Positions 51,708 through 63,663 of a stretch of DNA of 64,000 bases are shown piece after piece; position 1 is the stretch's first letter; each line of letters opens with the position of its first letter. The DNA is from Tubiluchus corallicola (taxonomy: Eukaryota > Animalia > Priapulida): contig JAQGDQ010001071.1 of the NCBI GenBank assembly GCA_030141605.1, forward strand, positions 1,135 through 65,134, read 5' to 3'. The position numbers were made by a program, and so were the translations under genes. The notes under the pieces were generated by a model, which was given only the letters and a program-made list of their open reading frames with translations, was not told the origin of the DNA and made no database searches.

Positions 51708-54700
51708 CAGTAGCAGTATCAGCAGCAGTGGTAGCAGCACTAGCAGCAGCAGCAGCAGTATCAGTAGCAGCAGCAGCACCAGTAGCAGCAACAGCAGTGG
51801 TAACAGCAGCAGCAGTGGTAGCAGCAGCAACAGCAGCAGCAGTAATAGTAGTAGCAGCAGCAGCAGCAGCAGTATCAGTAGCAACAGTAGCAGCAACAGC
51901 AGCAGCAGCAGCAGTAGTAGTGATCTTATATCATGTATGAATGTACAAGCTGAGTATATTTACATTTTGCAAAATTAGTATTGCACAAAAATCAAAATAT
52001 TTTAAAATACTTCAATTACATTAATAATAATTATTAGTTACCAAAAGTAATGCAAAGGACTGGACAGAGAGTACAGACTCTAGTGGACAGAGATTATGGA
52101 CTCTAGTGGACAGAGAGTATGGACTCTAGTGGACAGAGAGTACGGACTCTAGTGGACAGAGAGTATGGACTCTAGTGGACAGAGAGTATGGACTCTAGTG
52201 GACAGAGAGTGTGGACTCTAGTGGACAGAGAGTACGGACTCTAGTGGACAGAGAGTGGACAGAGAGTATGGACTCTAGTGGACAGAGAGTGTGGACTCTA
52301 GTGGACAGAGATATGGACTCTAGTGGACAGAGAGTGTGGACTCTAGTGGACAGAGAGTGTGGACTCTACTGGACAGAGAGTACGTGCTCTAGTGGACAGA
52401 GAGTATGGACTCTAGTGGAGGAGAGTATGGACTCTAGTGGACAAAGAGTATGGACTCTAGTGGACAGAAAGTGTGGACTCTACTGGACAGAGAATATGGA
52501 CTCTAGTGGACAGAAAGTATGGACTCTACTGGACAGAGTACGTGCTCTAGTGGACAGAGAGTATGGACTCTAGTGGAGGAGAGTATGGACTCTAGTGGAC
52601 AGAGAGTATGGACTCTAGTGGAGGAGAGTATGGACTCTAGTGGACAGAGAGTATGGACTCTAGTCGACAGAGATTATGGACTCTAGTGGACAGAGAGTAT
52701 GGACTCTAGTGGACAGAAAGTATCGACTCTAGTGGACAGAGAGTATGGACTCTAGTGGACAGAGAGTATGGACTCTAGTGGACAGAGAGTATGGACTCTA
52801 GTTGACAGAGAGTATGGACTCTAGCACGTCACCTTTTTATGATAACAGAAGTATAGCTGGAAACATACTAAAGCTTACCGGCTGCCTTCAGTGCCAACTG
52901 CATTCGAACTTTGTTTCGCTCAGCCGCCGTCTGAAACAAAAACACACGACAAACATGAAACAAGAAAAACTTGCCTAGAAACACGTGGAAAACTGAGATT
53001 AGTTTTTTTGTGGTCAAGAGCAATCTGAGATTAATTCTTATCTGTGCAACAAAGAAATACGGTCATTACAGGATGATAGTAAGCTAGTTTTGTCTGCCTC
53101 TGCAAAGTCAGGTGACCGCAGATTAGCCTCCGTCCGTGCAAGCCATGCAAGTAGGCTTGCATCTCTATTAACCAATAAGGTGCCGTTTAACAGACCCACC
53201 TTGGGATGGAAGTATTTTGAACCAATCAACCGACTGTTACAGTAGGCGCCACTTAACAGACCCACCTTCGGATGGAAGTATTTTGATTCAATTAACCGAC
53301 TGTTACAGTAGGTGTCGCTTAACAAACCCATCTTGGGATGGGTCCAATTAACCGACTGTTACAGCAGGTGCCGTTTAACAGACCCATCTTGGGATGGAAG
53401 TATTTTGACCCCACTAACCGACTGTTACAGTAGGCGCTGCTTAACAGACCCACTTTGGAATGGGTCCAATTAACCGACTGTTACAGGAGGCGCCGTTTAA
53501 CAGACCCACCTTGTGATGGAAGTATTTTGACCCAATTAACCGACTGTTACAGTATATGTTGCTTAACAAACCTACCTTGGGATGGGTCCAATTAACCGAC
53601 TGTTACAGTAGGTGCCGCTTAATAGATTTAACTTGGGACTTAAGTGTTTTGACCCAATTAAACGACTAAATCTTTAAACCGTTGGATGTAGTATTACTAA
53701 TGTAAAAGTACGAGTCATCACTCTCTGGCTTGGTATGCACTGCAAAAGCTACGAGAGCTTTAAATGCTACGTATTTAAGCCTATACTCCATTTTTTAAAT
53801 TTAACCCTATGTTCTCCGTTACGTTTATCTTTACATTAGTTAAATTCCCTGGAATTCTAGCGTCTTGCTGACGGCTGCATCGGTGGCATATTAACTCATC
53901 AACTGATTAAACAGTCTGCGAAAAGCAGCAAGAGCTTCAAAAGAAAACCACTTCAAAAGGACAGCACCTCATAAAATACTACTGCGATCACATGTCCAAG
54001 CCTCTATGCTGCATTTTCCATGTTAGACACTCGGCAGCAAAAAGTGGAAGTAGGACACCTTCGGTTTTTGAATCCCTAAGTAAGACAGTGGCTTCGTGCA
54101 TCAGTGTAAAGATTTGTTAGCTGTTGAAAAGAATTATGAAACTCTAACTAAGACAGTGGCTTCGTGTATCAGTGTAAAAATTCGTTAGCTGTTGAAAAGA
54201 ACTATGAAACTTCAACCGACAGTTTTTATATACTTTGCATAGAAGCGGCCCATATTAGACGTTTTTGAGACAATTAGGCGATTGATTCTACCAGGCATGA
54301 GAATGACAAATTGCAAAAATCTCTGAAACAGGCCAGGGGTTTTGTGGCCGCGTAGGCAGCAAAAAATTGCAATTTTGTGACCATAGAGAGCCTCTAACTG
54401 GACTTAAAATATCAATTACATCAGTTACCTTGTTTCGTGCATAATTTAAAATACCCAGCTATCAAGGATACATGATACCTAATTGACTCAAAAACGCCTA
54501 AGTACTGGCCGCTCCTATGCAAAAGTATATAAAAACTGTCTGCAATTGACTCAAATAACTCCGCACAATTGATTCTATATTTTTATACATAGAGATATAC
54601 ACGTGGTTACACTGATGTACGCGATGTAAACAAAGTGACGGCCTGCCATCTAGCGGTCAGCTTGTGAAATAATGTACTGGGTCCGTAAAAATTTTCTCGA

Positions 54701-57700
54701 CGAATTTACGCGATTTACAAAAATGGCACTACTGGTCTTCCAAAAACTCCGAATTCCGGGTATCCGCGGAAAATTCTCATCCCTGTTCTACATCACCGTG
54801 AGTCTAATACATGGTACCTAGTGTATTAGGGAAATATGGACAATCGGCAAATTTGACCCAGCAATCAGCAAACTGAGATAAGAGTATATTTCACAATTTT
54901 TCTTATTCAAAGACCGAAAAGTGCAAAATGCCCACCCACCATGTCATCAAATCCCGGGATGTCGTCAATCAAATCTCTGAAACAAAAAAGAAATTTTCAA
55001 AATTGATACCGTCCAAAATCTTGCAAAATTTTTTTAAATGATCACGCAGTAAATTGCAGAAACATCACTTCACATTGACCAAACTGGAGTAAACAACGTT
55101 TGTTTACAAGAAACAAAATATTTTGATAACTATTTATATCTATATATTTATAAACTATTTATAAATGACTGCTACAACAGTAAATAGTACAAACTGCGTG
55201 TTTGTAAATAAAAGAAAATAGGCATCTAATTGCCTTTGATGGGTCACTTCAGAGCCACCGTCAGATTCGCATCCACTTGTGCTGAACATTTTTTTACTCG
55301 TGATATATTTTAGCCACATTTACATAACTCGAAGTAAACGAAGTATTGCAAATTCATCAAATGAACTAGAGTAGCTATCTTACGTCTGTGAGTAAAAATA
55401 TTCTTATAGTACAGTGGACTCTCGTTATAAGAATCACCTCGGGAGAAGGCAAAGTGATTCTTATAACGAGCGATTCTTATAACGAGCATGACCCAGAATT
55501 GCTTTAAAAAAATTTTATACACATAAAAATGATTTATTTCCCGAAATTACGCTAGAAACGACATGAAACAGCATAATGTTTTTCTGGCCTAAAAGAACCT
55601 AAAAATTCCTAGACTAATGTTTTTATTTCATGGTTAGGTAAATATTTCTTGATGCCAGAATTGCCTTAAAATTTTTTAATGCACATAATTTTTGTCATAA
55701 AACAAACAAATTTGAAATTTCTGTGGTGTCCGCCACGCCCACTGCGCAGAACCATGTAAGCAGGGCGTGAGAGACAATGGAGTTGGCGCCAAAATTGATT
55801 CTACTATCGAAAGAAGGGTGATTCTTATACGAGCGGATTTTACTAGGAAAATGCAGATTCAATTCGGGAAACGCGATTTTGATTCTTATATCGAGCTGAT
55901 TCTTATACGTGTGATTCTTGTAACGAGAGTCCACTGTATTATAATATTCTTACATACTACGAATATAGTATATTCCTATACGACAGTTCTTACACTAAGC
56001 TATTCTTATAGTAGAAATTGTTCATTTTTTTTACCAAATGATGCAAAACGCTTAAGGGACTCTCAAGGATGAGACATCCTAGGCTGCAGGCCATACTAGC
56101 CTATAAAATAATCAGGCCTTGTATCTAATTCGAGGAGAGATAAATCAGAAAAATGTACCATATATCATTAACACAAAGTAAAGATAGCAAGCTTATCTAC
56201 CCACAATATACAACCAAATATTTTTCTACAGTGTGACGGAAGTAGATCAATTTTACGAATTCAACAAAGTCGCATTACATATAAAGAATAATTACGGTAC
56301 TCCCATAATTGAGTACCACAAGGTCAGTGAATGACAGTTTTATAGCTTTCAGCACTAACGGCAAATTCAACAATCGTAGCGACAGAACTGCAAAAATTTT
56401 CACTACTGGGACTTCAAGAGACCAGGATTATATTTTAACATCGAAAATACGAAAACGTGTCAATCGTAATCAATGTTAGTAAACAAACATCAATACTTAA
56501 AGATGATTTTTGAAGATTTGATTACAGAAATGGAACACTAATGATGATTACAGAAATGATAGATGCCCAACGCCACCTATTGTGTAAGATCACTAACTTT
56601 TTCTCATTCTCGTCTCTGCCTCTTTTACAGAGCATCGCATTACGGCTCTGACTACCAGGGGGCAGCTTTTCATTGGAAATAGTTTATTGAGAAAAAAAGC
56701 ATGGATTTGAGATTATGCATTAAAACCGAAGCTTCAGCAAGAGCTTTTTTGAATTTGTACGACGCCAGTATAAACTGCATCTCTACAGTTGGAAACTATA
56801 TTAGCATTTAATATAATCAACTGTGTGTGTAACAAAAAATAATGCTGTTAATTGTTACAGGTTTGCACTGCAAATGTTCACCCCCAGGTGGAGCCACTAG
56901 CAAGCAACGTAATACAGTTTTTGCTCGCGCACTGTGCACAAATAGTGCTGTGCCACTGTTTACTTAGATAAGCTTGACTTTATGGCCACTTTAATCATAG
57001 TATCCTCGCCCAGATGCAATATTATTTAGGACCCACCTTGACGTAGACTTGCTATTAGTACCTATCTCATTACTATTGCTCCTGGATCGTGCGGAGCGAT
57101 CCCGACTTCGAGAACGCCGGCTCTTTTTCCCGGTCCTACTATCGTCGTTGTTCCGATGTCTCGATCGCGAGGATTTTGATCGTCGGTCGGAACTGGGGCT
57201 TTGCGATCTACTGGAATACCTTCCGCGACTCGACGACCGATGCTTCTGGCTACGTCGAGACGGGCTCCGAGAGGGACTTCGGGTAGGGCGGCTTTCTCTA
57301 ATAATCGTATTGTAAATGGGCCTTTTGGGTGATCTAAACAATAAAAGGAATAAGATGCAATTTACAATAAGTAAACATAATTTATACGCATAATATTTAC
57401 TTGTAAAATAAACAGCTGAATGTAATGGAACAACATGATTACAGCTGTGTCATTGTAGAAAAGTTTATAGCAGACTGCATAGAAGGAGCCACTTGTAAAA
57501 ACTTTATGGCTGACAGAATAGAAGTATTGAATTTGTAGAGAGAAGTATATCAGACTGAAGTTAGCTTAGATTATGTAGACTGGCTCACTTTTGTGGTTGA
57601 AACAAAGAATATGAAATTGTGTTGAACTGTGAAAGACTGAAGTTAGTGTGGACAGTTGTAGACTGGTTCACTCTGATGGCTGAAACAAAGAATATGAAAT

Positions 57701-60621
57701 TGTGCTGAACTGTGAAAGACTGAAGTTAGTGTGGACAGTTGTAGACTGGTTCACTCTGATGGCTGAAACAAAGAATATGAAATTGTGCTGAACTGTGAAA
57801 GACTGAAGTTAGTGTTGACAGTTGTAGACTGGTTCACTCTGATGGCTGAAACAAAGAATATGAAATTGTGTTGAACTGTGGAGATTGAAGTTAGTGCAGA
57901 CTGTTAAAGGCTGGTTCACTCTGGTTGTGGAAACAAAGAATATGAAATTGTGTTGAACTGTGAAAGACTGAAGTTAGTATGGACAGTTGAAGACTGGTTA
58001 GCTCTGGTGGTTGAAACAAAGAATATGAAATTGTGTTGAACTGTGAAAGACTGAAGTTAGTGTGGAAAGTTGTAGACCGGCTCGCTCTGGTGGTTGAAAC
58101 AAAGAATATGAAATTGTGCTGAACTGTGAAAGACTGAAGTTAGTGTGGACAGTTGACGACTGGTTTGCTCTGGTGGTTGAAACAAAGAATATGAAATTGT
58201 GTTGAACTGTGAAAGACTGAAGATAGTGTGGACAGTTGTAGACTGGTATTTACATATTACACTATTATTTACAAGATGGAAGACACGTAGTGACCATTCA
58301 ACAGCAATGCTTAAGAAGAAAAAACAGGCTGGCCTTGGCATGTTTTTCGCTAAAAACTTATTGCTGTAATTTATTATTACAGATGAAACGACAATTGCTG
58401 CATATTAAACATATTTGATGTTCTGGAGCTTAAATGTAGTACACCTACCACATTTATGTCGTGCAGTAATTTGACAACATTACACAGGATAATTTTCCTA
58501 TGCGAATACAACAGAGTAACTGTTTTAATAAGAAAGAATCATACTCCGACTTTATGTAAAAAAGTATTTACCGTGTACCTTTTAGTCACTATATTTCGTC
58601 AGTTTTCTTACATATTTTTTCTAAAACAGTTCATTCAATGCACGAGTAAGCAAAGCGGTTCAAATCTGACATGCGCCAGCTAGAATTTCATTAAAGCGGC
58701 AGCGTCCTCGTATAAAAGGAAAGTGAAAAAAATTGTGACTTTGCACTAAACTGCTATCCAGAAAATCATATTAATTAAAAAAACAGGATGATTTTTCGTA
58801 TAATACCCCATTTTCAAGTACGATAAAAAGTATACATTTTAGCACAATTAATAGTACAAAAGCGTTTCTGATAATTAAATGAAAGATTAAAAACTTAATT
58901 AACGGCAGGCGAGCCCCCGTATTGATGACATCACAAACTAACATAATTTTCAACAGCAAAAATATTCCACGAGTGCGTCGTGCACGTGTTTGTGAAAGCA
59001 AAAATTGAAGTACAGTGCTCCTGTAAGACATTCACTGTGCTGTACTAAGACTAAGCAAGTTTTAAGATAAAAATTAAAAATAAAAATTTATAGCTGCGCT
59101 CACGAATGAGCTGTCGAATGTGTGCAGTTCGTCATAACATAACACACCTGAACTAAGAGGTACAGCGCCTGACCTGTTTTATGAAATCGTGGTGCTAGTG
59201 TCCGTCTAACTAGCAAATCGCGAAATGCATGTAACAGCGAAGAACTAGAGGCGCAAACACGAATTTGTTCAGAAGACTGGCACCCCGCCTAATTTGTACA
59301 ATGGGATTTACTATTATTACACTCATATCTTAGTTTGCCGGCCAAAAGTGAAGAATGTCTGATAATAAGCTAATACAGTAGGCGCCGTGTATTAGACTCA
59401 CGGTAATGTAGAATCAATTGCCTAATTGTCTCAAAAGCAAGGGTGAGCATTCTCTACCAGAAATCGAATTTGAATCGAATCGAATTTGTGACTTTCGAAT
59501 TCGAATCGAATTTCAGCGTTTCGAATTCGAATTGAGTTTGAAGGATTTCGAACAAGTTTCCGAACTACTAGTAAAAACCGGTCTTACAAAGATCATGCAT
59601 ATTACTTGATTTTGTTCGGCAATAAGCCCACTATTAGGTTGTTAAAAATTTTGCACAGAAACTGCAGCTAAATTGTGCACATTGCATGCTGTTTCAAACA
59701 TTGTGATGATAAAGAGCGTTTGTGGCTGAAGTGCTTAATTATTCGAATATATATAGTTTTAGGTTCGGATTGAATTCGTACTAAAAATGCAAAAATATAT
59801 GAAAACTGTCAGCAATTGACTCAAATAACTCCGCATAATTGATTCTATATTTTTGTACATGTATCGAGATATGCACTGATGTACATGATGAAAGCAAAGT
59901 AGTGGCCCGCCAACTAGCGGTCAGCTCGTGAAAGCACTGTGTCTGTCCCAATTTTCCGATATCCATAAAATCAAGGTCCGGCAAATGGACATATGAGTGT
60001 GTTATCATCATAATCATTTAATACAATTATATAATTACAATTAATACAATTATACATATTACAAAAATATTAATATCAATACAATTATATCATTTTACAA
60101 TCAGTGCCGCTGACATAGCATGGATTCATAGCAAAACAGATTGTTAATTTAACGTGTTACACGGAACCTGTCACAGATGTCACCACTAGTCAGTATACAC
60201 ACACACTGCTTAACAGTTTACGATACTAAAGAGCTAATCAACTTGTATAGACCTACCTTATGCTTCTAGATCTTGATCGATCGTCTTTTGACCTTGACCT
60301 CCTGGTCTCCGATCTTCGGTCTCGGGACTGTCGACTTGATGAGCGGGATCGCTTTCCTTTCTTTTTACTGCTCCTATATTGTGAGCTGCGAGACGAAGAC
60401 CTCTTTCGCGATGACTTTTTCCGCTTCGATGCGTCACGCGAACTGTTACTACTGTAACTGCTTGATCGTCTCACTTTGGTTATCTGTTTTAGTTTATCTG
60501 ATATTTCGCTGCTGGAATTATCTGAACTGGATTTATTTTCCTTTTTTCTCCTTTTTGTGCTTTTTCGGCTTTTGCTACTTTGTCGTGAAACTTCGCTGTC
60601 TGAGCTTGAGTGCCGCCCCAT
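45424..60621 (-). CDS. RSRC1: RSRC1-like serine/arginine-rich coiled-coil splicing factor, 409 aa; complement(join(45424..45444,47093..47185,47831..48031,48838..48968,50034..50066,52879..52930,54940..54976,57037..57333,60257..60621))
   Basis: Nine exons with GT-AG ends total 1230 nt in one open frame. The N-terminus MGRHSS is followed by an RS domain, then TAAERNKVRMQLALKAAA, INDIDKGDFVPGAFLS and AIAHESLFGNEKEREAQWLKKLQELRKRKL. These are collinear with vertebrate RSRC1 motifs as I recall them (MGRRSS; PAEQAKARLQLVLEAAA; IESDSFVQQTF; LAHPNLF..EEKWFKRL). No database search was run. Confidence 0.85.
45534..46208 (+). mobile_element. piggyBac-like MITE family E, copy 2
   Basis: ttaa-ctcctttaggaccg ... 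cggtactgaaggac-tcaa. Confidence 0.75.
46476..47036 (-). mobile_element. Family A, copy 4
   Basis: Reverse-complement match; ends gtgttcctttaa. Confidence 0.8.
47093..47185 (-). CDS. RSRC1: RSRC1-like coding exon 8 (LFGNEKEREAQWLKKLQELRKRKLLREGKLT)
   Basis: ttttatttttag acceptor and gtgagt donor; conserved C-terminal W-x-K-[KR]-L helix. Confidence 0.88.
47297..47488. repeat. 22-bp minisatellite, ~9 copies
   Basis: gcataggtgaaatcagactttt. Confidence 0.93.
47831..48031 (-). CDS. RSRC1: RSRC1-like coding exon 7 (KKEKAKKG...HAIAHES)
   Basis: ttttctaaag acceptor (tandem AAG/AAG, so the 5' edge could shift by 3 nt) and gtaagt donor; phase 0-0. Confidence 0.85.
48430..48816. mobile_element. MITE with ggggttcccac TIRs
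   Basis: ggggttcccaca ... cgtgggaacccc; subterminal ttccctgac/ttccatgac repeats; ends about 20 nt from an exon donor. Confidence 0.7.
48838..48968 (-). CDS. RSRC1: RSRC1-like coding exon 6 (GLPLPP...DFVPGAFLSGRGITQ)
   Basis: catcttcag acceptor and CAG/gtagta donor; phase 1-0. Confidence 0.85.
49547..50037. repeat. 37-bp minisatellite, ~13 copies, overlapping a splice donor
   Basis: aggtaatttaattaacctacctgtacacaggtatata. Confidence 0.95.
50034..50066 (-). CDS. RSRC1: RSRC1-like coding exon 5 (33-nt microexon; AAADVSLKSKT)
   Basis: ctgttttag acceptor and CAG/gtaggt donor; phase 1-1, so skipping preserves frame; aligns with the AKADEALKAK segment. Confidence 0.75.
50175..51270 (+). mobile_element. 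5'-truncated LINE (CR1/L2-group ORF2 C-terminus plus 3' UTR)
   Basis: YLTYSCIQWGKT...QRKFLRIT...P.F....IL...; AATAAA followed by a (TTACAA)n tail. Confidence 0.75.
51530..51920. repeat. (CAG/TAG)n interrupted trinucleotide repeat
   Basis: Read directly; intronic. Confidence 0.95.
52057..52824. repeat. 23-bp minisatellite, ~33 copies
   Basis: ggactctagtggacagagagtat. Confidence 0.96.
52879..52930 (-). CDS. RSRC1: RSRC1-like coding exon 4 (TAAERNKVRMQLALKAA)
   Basis: tttttgtttcag acceptor and G/gtaagc donor; conserved helix. Confidence 0.87.
53178..53668. repeat. Minisatellite with alternating ~69/57-bp units
   Basis: aaccgactgttacagtagg.gcc.cttaacagaccca.cttgggatgg, with or without aagtattttga. 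Confidence 0.88.
54292..54785 (+). mobile_element. MITE family C, copy 2, nested in an inverted family D element
   Basis: TIRs caggcatgagaat / attctcatccctg; ttctac duplicated at 54286-54291 and 54786-54791. Confidence 0.82.
54940..54976 (-). CDS. RSRC1: RSRC1-like coding exon 3 (37 nt; DLIDDIPGFDDM)
   Basis: ttttttgtttcag acceptor and ATG/gtgggt donor; phase 2-0 bridges the neighbouring exons. Confidence 0.8.
55412..55936. mobile_element. Tc1/mariner (pogo/Tigger-like) MITE
   Basis: TA TSD; TIRs cagtggactctcgtta(t/c)aagaatcac; repeated subterminal gattcttata motifs. Confidence 0.88.
57037..57333 (-). CDS. RSRC1: RSRC1-like coding exon 2 (RS domain)
   Basis: tgtttag acceptor and AG/gtgggt donor; phase 2-2; RSPSRSPSRRSQ... 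Confidence 0.9.
57552..58247. repeat. 83-bp minisatellite, ~8 copies
   Basis: gaaacaaagaatatgaaattgtg.tgaactgtgaaagactgaagttagtgtggacagttgtagactgg. Confidence 0.95.
58775..59265 (+). mobile_element. Family A, copy 5 (3' truncated)
   Basis: Direct match to 13910-14390. Confidence 0.8.
59439..59778 (+). mobile_element. MITE family B, copy 4, nested in a family D element
   Basis: gggtgagcattctctaccagaaa start; family D sequence is present on both sides. Confidence 0.72.
60257..60621 (-). CDS. RSRC1: RSRC1-like coding exon 1 (start, RS domain)
   Basis: Acceptor ttttgtcactag lies 5 nt before the ATG at 60621; donor AG/gtaggt; Ser/Arg/Lys-rich. Confidence 0.9.
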
Positions 60622-60790
60622 CGCTCCTAGTGACAAAAATATTTTAATTTCAATGTTATTTCAAAATGCAAAGCCAGAAACTACAGGAAATATTCAAATT
60701 CCGTTTCCCGATTTTTGCTTGATTTTTTGATAAGTAAGGATTTTTACAAATGGTAAAAACAGAGAAGTGATCTGATACTTGGTTCAGGAC

Positions 60791-62110
60791 TATTTATTTA
60801 TTTATTAAATATATCCACAACGATCATTACAGCATTGCAAATAAAAGTATTTAATAACATATTTATTACTATGTACACAAGATGCCAAGCTGCAAATGAC
60901 CCATGGGGTACTCAAGAAGTCATTACTTGTTCAGAGCACCCCAAATGAACATGGATTGAGTGTAATAGAAAAGAGCAGTAAAGGAGTAGAAAAGAAAGGT
61001 TAATAGAGAATAGAAAAAAAGAGAAAGATGTGATGGTATCTGTATGAAGTAACGTGAACTAAAGAAATGTACGTGTTAATTGACATAGCCAGCAGCGCAA
61101 TGGATTCCGACAGTGACAGCAGCATAATTAGTTAAATTGATTTATTCTGTATAATTAGAAGAGATTTCGCTTGTAAGATTTCTTTTGAAGTTATTTATAG
61201 ATAAAGAATTTTTCATTTATTTGTTGATGTTATTCCAAAGTCTATGGCCAGTGTAAGTGATCACTACACCGGCATAAATGGGAGAAGGGGAGTAAGTGTA
61301 TAAATGTGGTCAATACTTGTTTTAGCTGTAGAAGAAAAATGTGTAGGCTTAGTAATCAATGGTGTAAAGTAATTGGCAAAAAGCATATTGGTATAGTCCT
61401 GAACACATTGCTTGGAGTCAAACTGTAATAAGTCGTTACTAACATCTCCGCACACATAAGCCAATTTATCTGTTTTGCTGATTTTATTCAGAAGTTTGTC
61501 CATCTCTTCGTGAAAACATCTGAGTGGAGCGTTTGAGTGGTGATAGATCACCCCAAAAATAATATTTTTACTACAAGTTTTTGTCGACAAGATGTTCAAC
61601 CTGAATATGGCTATGCCCAGGGGGCAAGGTATCATTTATCAACTTATCATATTCTATTTTTAAATTTCTTTTAATTTGAAATTCTATAGAATTTTTAATA
61701 TATAAAGCGCTACCCTACCTGCGTTAGTTACCGAGTTATGTGAAATATAAATGTAACCGGGAAGAGAACACAAAAAAGATTGATGAATTATCTTTTATAC
61801 AAGTTTCACTAATGGCGATAACATCAGGAGCCTGAGAAAAATAACAAAGTAAATCGAGCATACACGAGTAATTTTTGGTTAAACTATTTGCATTCATATG
61901 GACAAACAAAAAATCATTTTTATCTGCATTGAGATTGATGTCATTCTTTAGAGATTCGAGTTTATAATAATCACATGTGAACTTCACTAAATTGTGATCA
62001 GGATCATAAGAATCAGCCTTGTTAGGCTGGCGAGTTCTATGTTGATTTGTTCTAATAATTCGGTTGCTTTTCGAAACAAAATTACGATTTTTTTACTTTT
62101 TAAGACATGG
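60791..62110 (-). mobile_element. Decayed CR1/L2-group LINE: APE endonuclease domain joined to the ORF2 C-terminus and 3' UTR
   Basis: Motifs HMNANSL, DVIAISET, GSALYI, GVIYHH, CGDVSNDLL and ITKPTHF..TSIDHIY across frameshifts; then YTGHRLWNNI...FKRNL and an (AAAT)n tail. No RT domain seen. Confidence 0.85.
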
Positions 62111-62229
62111 AAATTTTAGAAGAATCGCCATGACAGTAACAGCGCCATCTATTAAACGACAGTCACAGTGGATAAGGTATTGAAGATCGTAGATTACATA
62201 ACATAATTATCTTAAACCATTGTACTTAC

Positions 62230-62580
62230 TTTTATTGAGAACTCGTACCGCCAATTTTTCAAGAAAACAACGTGAAAATGATTTTTGTAGGCGCTATTAC
62301 ACTTTCGGACCTCCTAGTTTTTTTCTAGTTTATTACTCGTTTCTAGGCTCGTATCTCATTATTCTCACGACTTCAGTGAATGTTTGTGATAATCTGGTGA
62401 TAATTTAGTCATATGTTTAGTGTATAATACCAAATAATTACGTAGTATTCACAGTTGCACACCATACAGTACATATCGCCATCATGTTTGTGTGGAGTCA
62501 CGTGACGAATTTCGTATTAGTTTTGGCATTATCGAGGCCTAAGTTGAAAGGCACGTGACACACGCGTTTACGAAATAAAG
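62230..62580 (-). promoter_or_regulatory. Probable non-coding first exon and promoter of the RSRC1-like gene
   Basis: A 5' UTR exon is required because an acceptor precedes the ATG. An AAA/gtaagt donor sits at 62229-62224. Upstream there is a CpG-containing stretch with palindromic GTCACGTGAC (~62497-62506), a second CACGTG E-box (~62552) and a CGCCAT motif. Confidence 0.5.
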
Positions 62581-63409
62581 AAAAAACCTTTACTTTTATA
62601 ATCTAATAATATTACAGTAACAAATAGAATTAATGATTAATAATTGTAGTCGCCTTAGAAAATTTCCTTGTATATGTCAGCTTGGGTCTGACTACACACT
62701 GAAGGAGAAACAAAAAATTCGGGACGTCTTTCAAAGAAAAGACAATTTGCAAAATGTCACAGGACTATAATGGCATTTTTGGTCTAGAAATATTGTATTT
62801 AAGGCCTGCACCCTACCTATAAATACAATTGGTTTGAAGCTCAGCTGCCCTCAGTGATGCTGTAGTTTCTAAAAAAAATTATTAATTTTAATTTATATTT
62901 AAATTTTATTTAAAGTCATACTGTAGAAGTACGAGGGGAAAGGTAGTGGAAAACAAATAAGAAGTTCTTTTTGTTAGTGTTTCTGTACGCAAAATTTATT
63001 ATATTTTTGCATAATCCTTTTATTTTAGCACTGTTGTAAATGAAGTATAATTATTTGCATTGTTGCCGAATAAATACTCCCTCCTTATGATCACACGCCC
63101 CCGACTACTGGGTTATTTGCTGCATACTTAAAACAATGGCTTACTCATTAGTTTAGGGGTTGGTGTGACCACAAAATATTATAGTTAAATGGCTTTTTGT
63201 CACTTGCCACATATAAATACATTCGTTCTAGGCAAACCAACACTTTATGTTATCTTTCTTCAATTGGGCAGCTTTCTAATTGAAATTTATTTACAGAAAA
63301 TCCCACCCCTCGGGATGTCAGGAAGTTTGAAAAAACCGAACACCTGCTTACTTGCAGTCCCATATGCAATAAATAATTTTAAACCGTCCAAAAGAAAAAG
63401 ATGATTCCT

Positions 63410-63663
63410 GAAGAATTTAAGAAGAATAACAAGAAGAACCAGAAGAAAAACAAGAAGAAAAAGTAGAACAACAACAGACAGACACAACAAGGGCAAGAAA
63501 AAAACAATAACAAGAAAAACAAGAAGATGCAGAAGAAAAACAAAAAAGAACAAAAAGAAGAGAAGAAAAGACAACAACTAAGGACAAAAAGTACAAGAAC
63601 AAGAACGAAAATTAAAAAAAAAGAAAAATAAAAGAAGAAGAAGAACAACAACAACAACAGCAG
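63410..63663. repeat. A-rich low-complexity tract (degenerate AAG/AAC)
   Basis: Read directly; almost devoid of T. Confidence 0.85.

Noticed and set aside
51507-51940. Poly-Ala/Leu ORFs or a polyQ exon
   Set aside because: Intronic CAG/TAG repeat; the Gln frame is full of TAG stops.
57049-57315. Plus-strand ORFs opposite the RS exons (also 60260-60730)
   Set aside because: Antisense shadows of Ser/Arg codons.
63410-63663. Lys/Glu-rich or hydrophobic ORFs at the right end
   Set aside because: Low-complexity A-rich tract, possibly poorly base-called; no exon boundaries.
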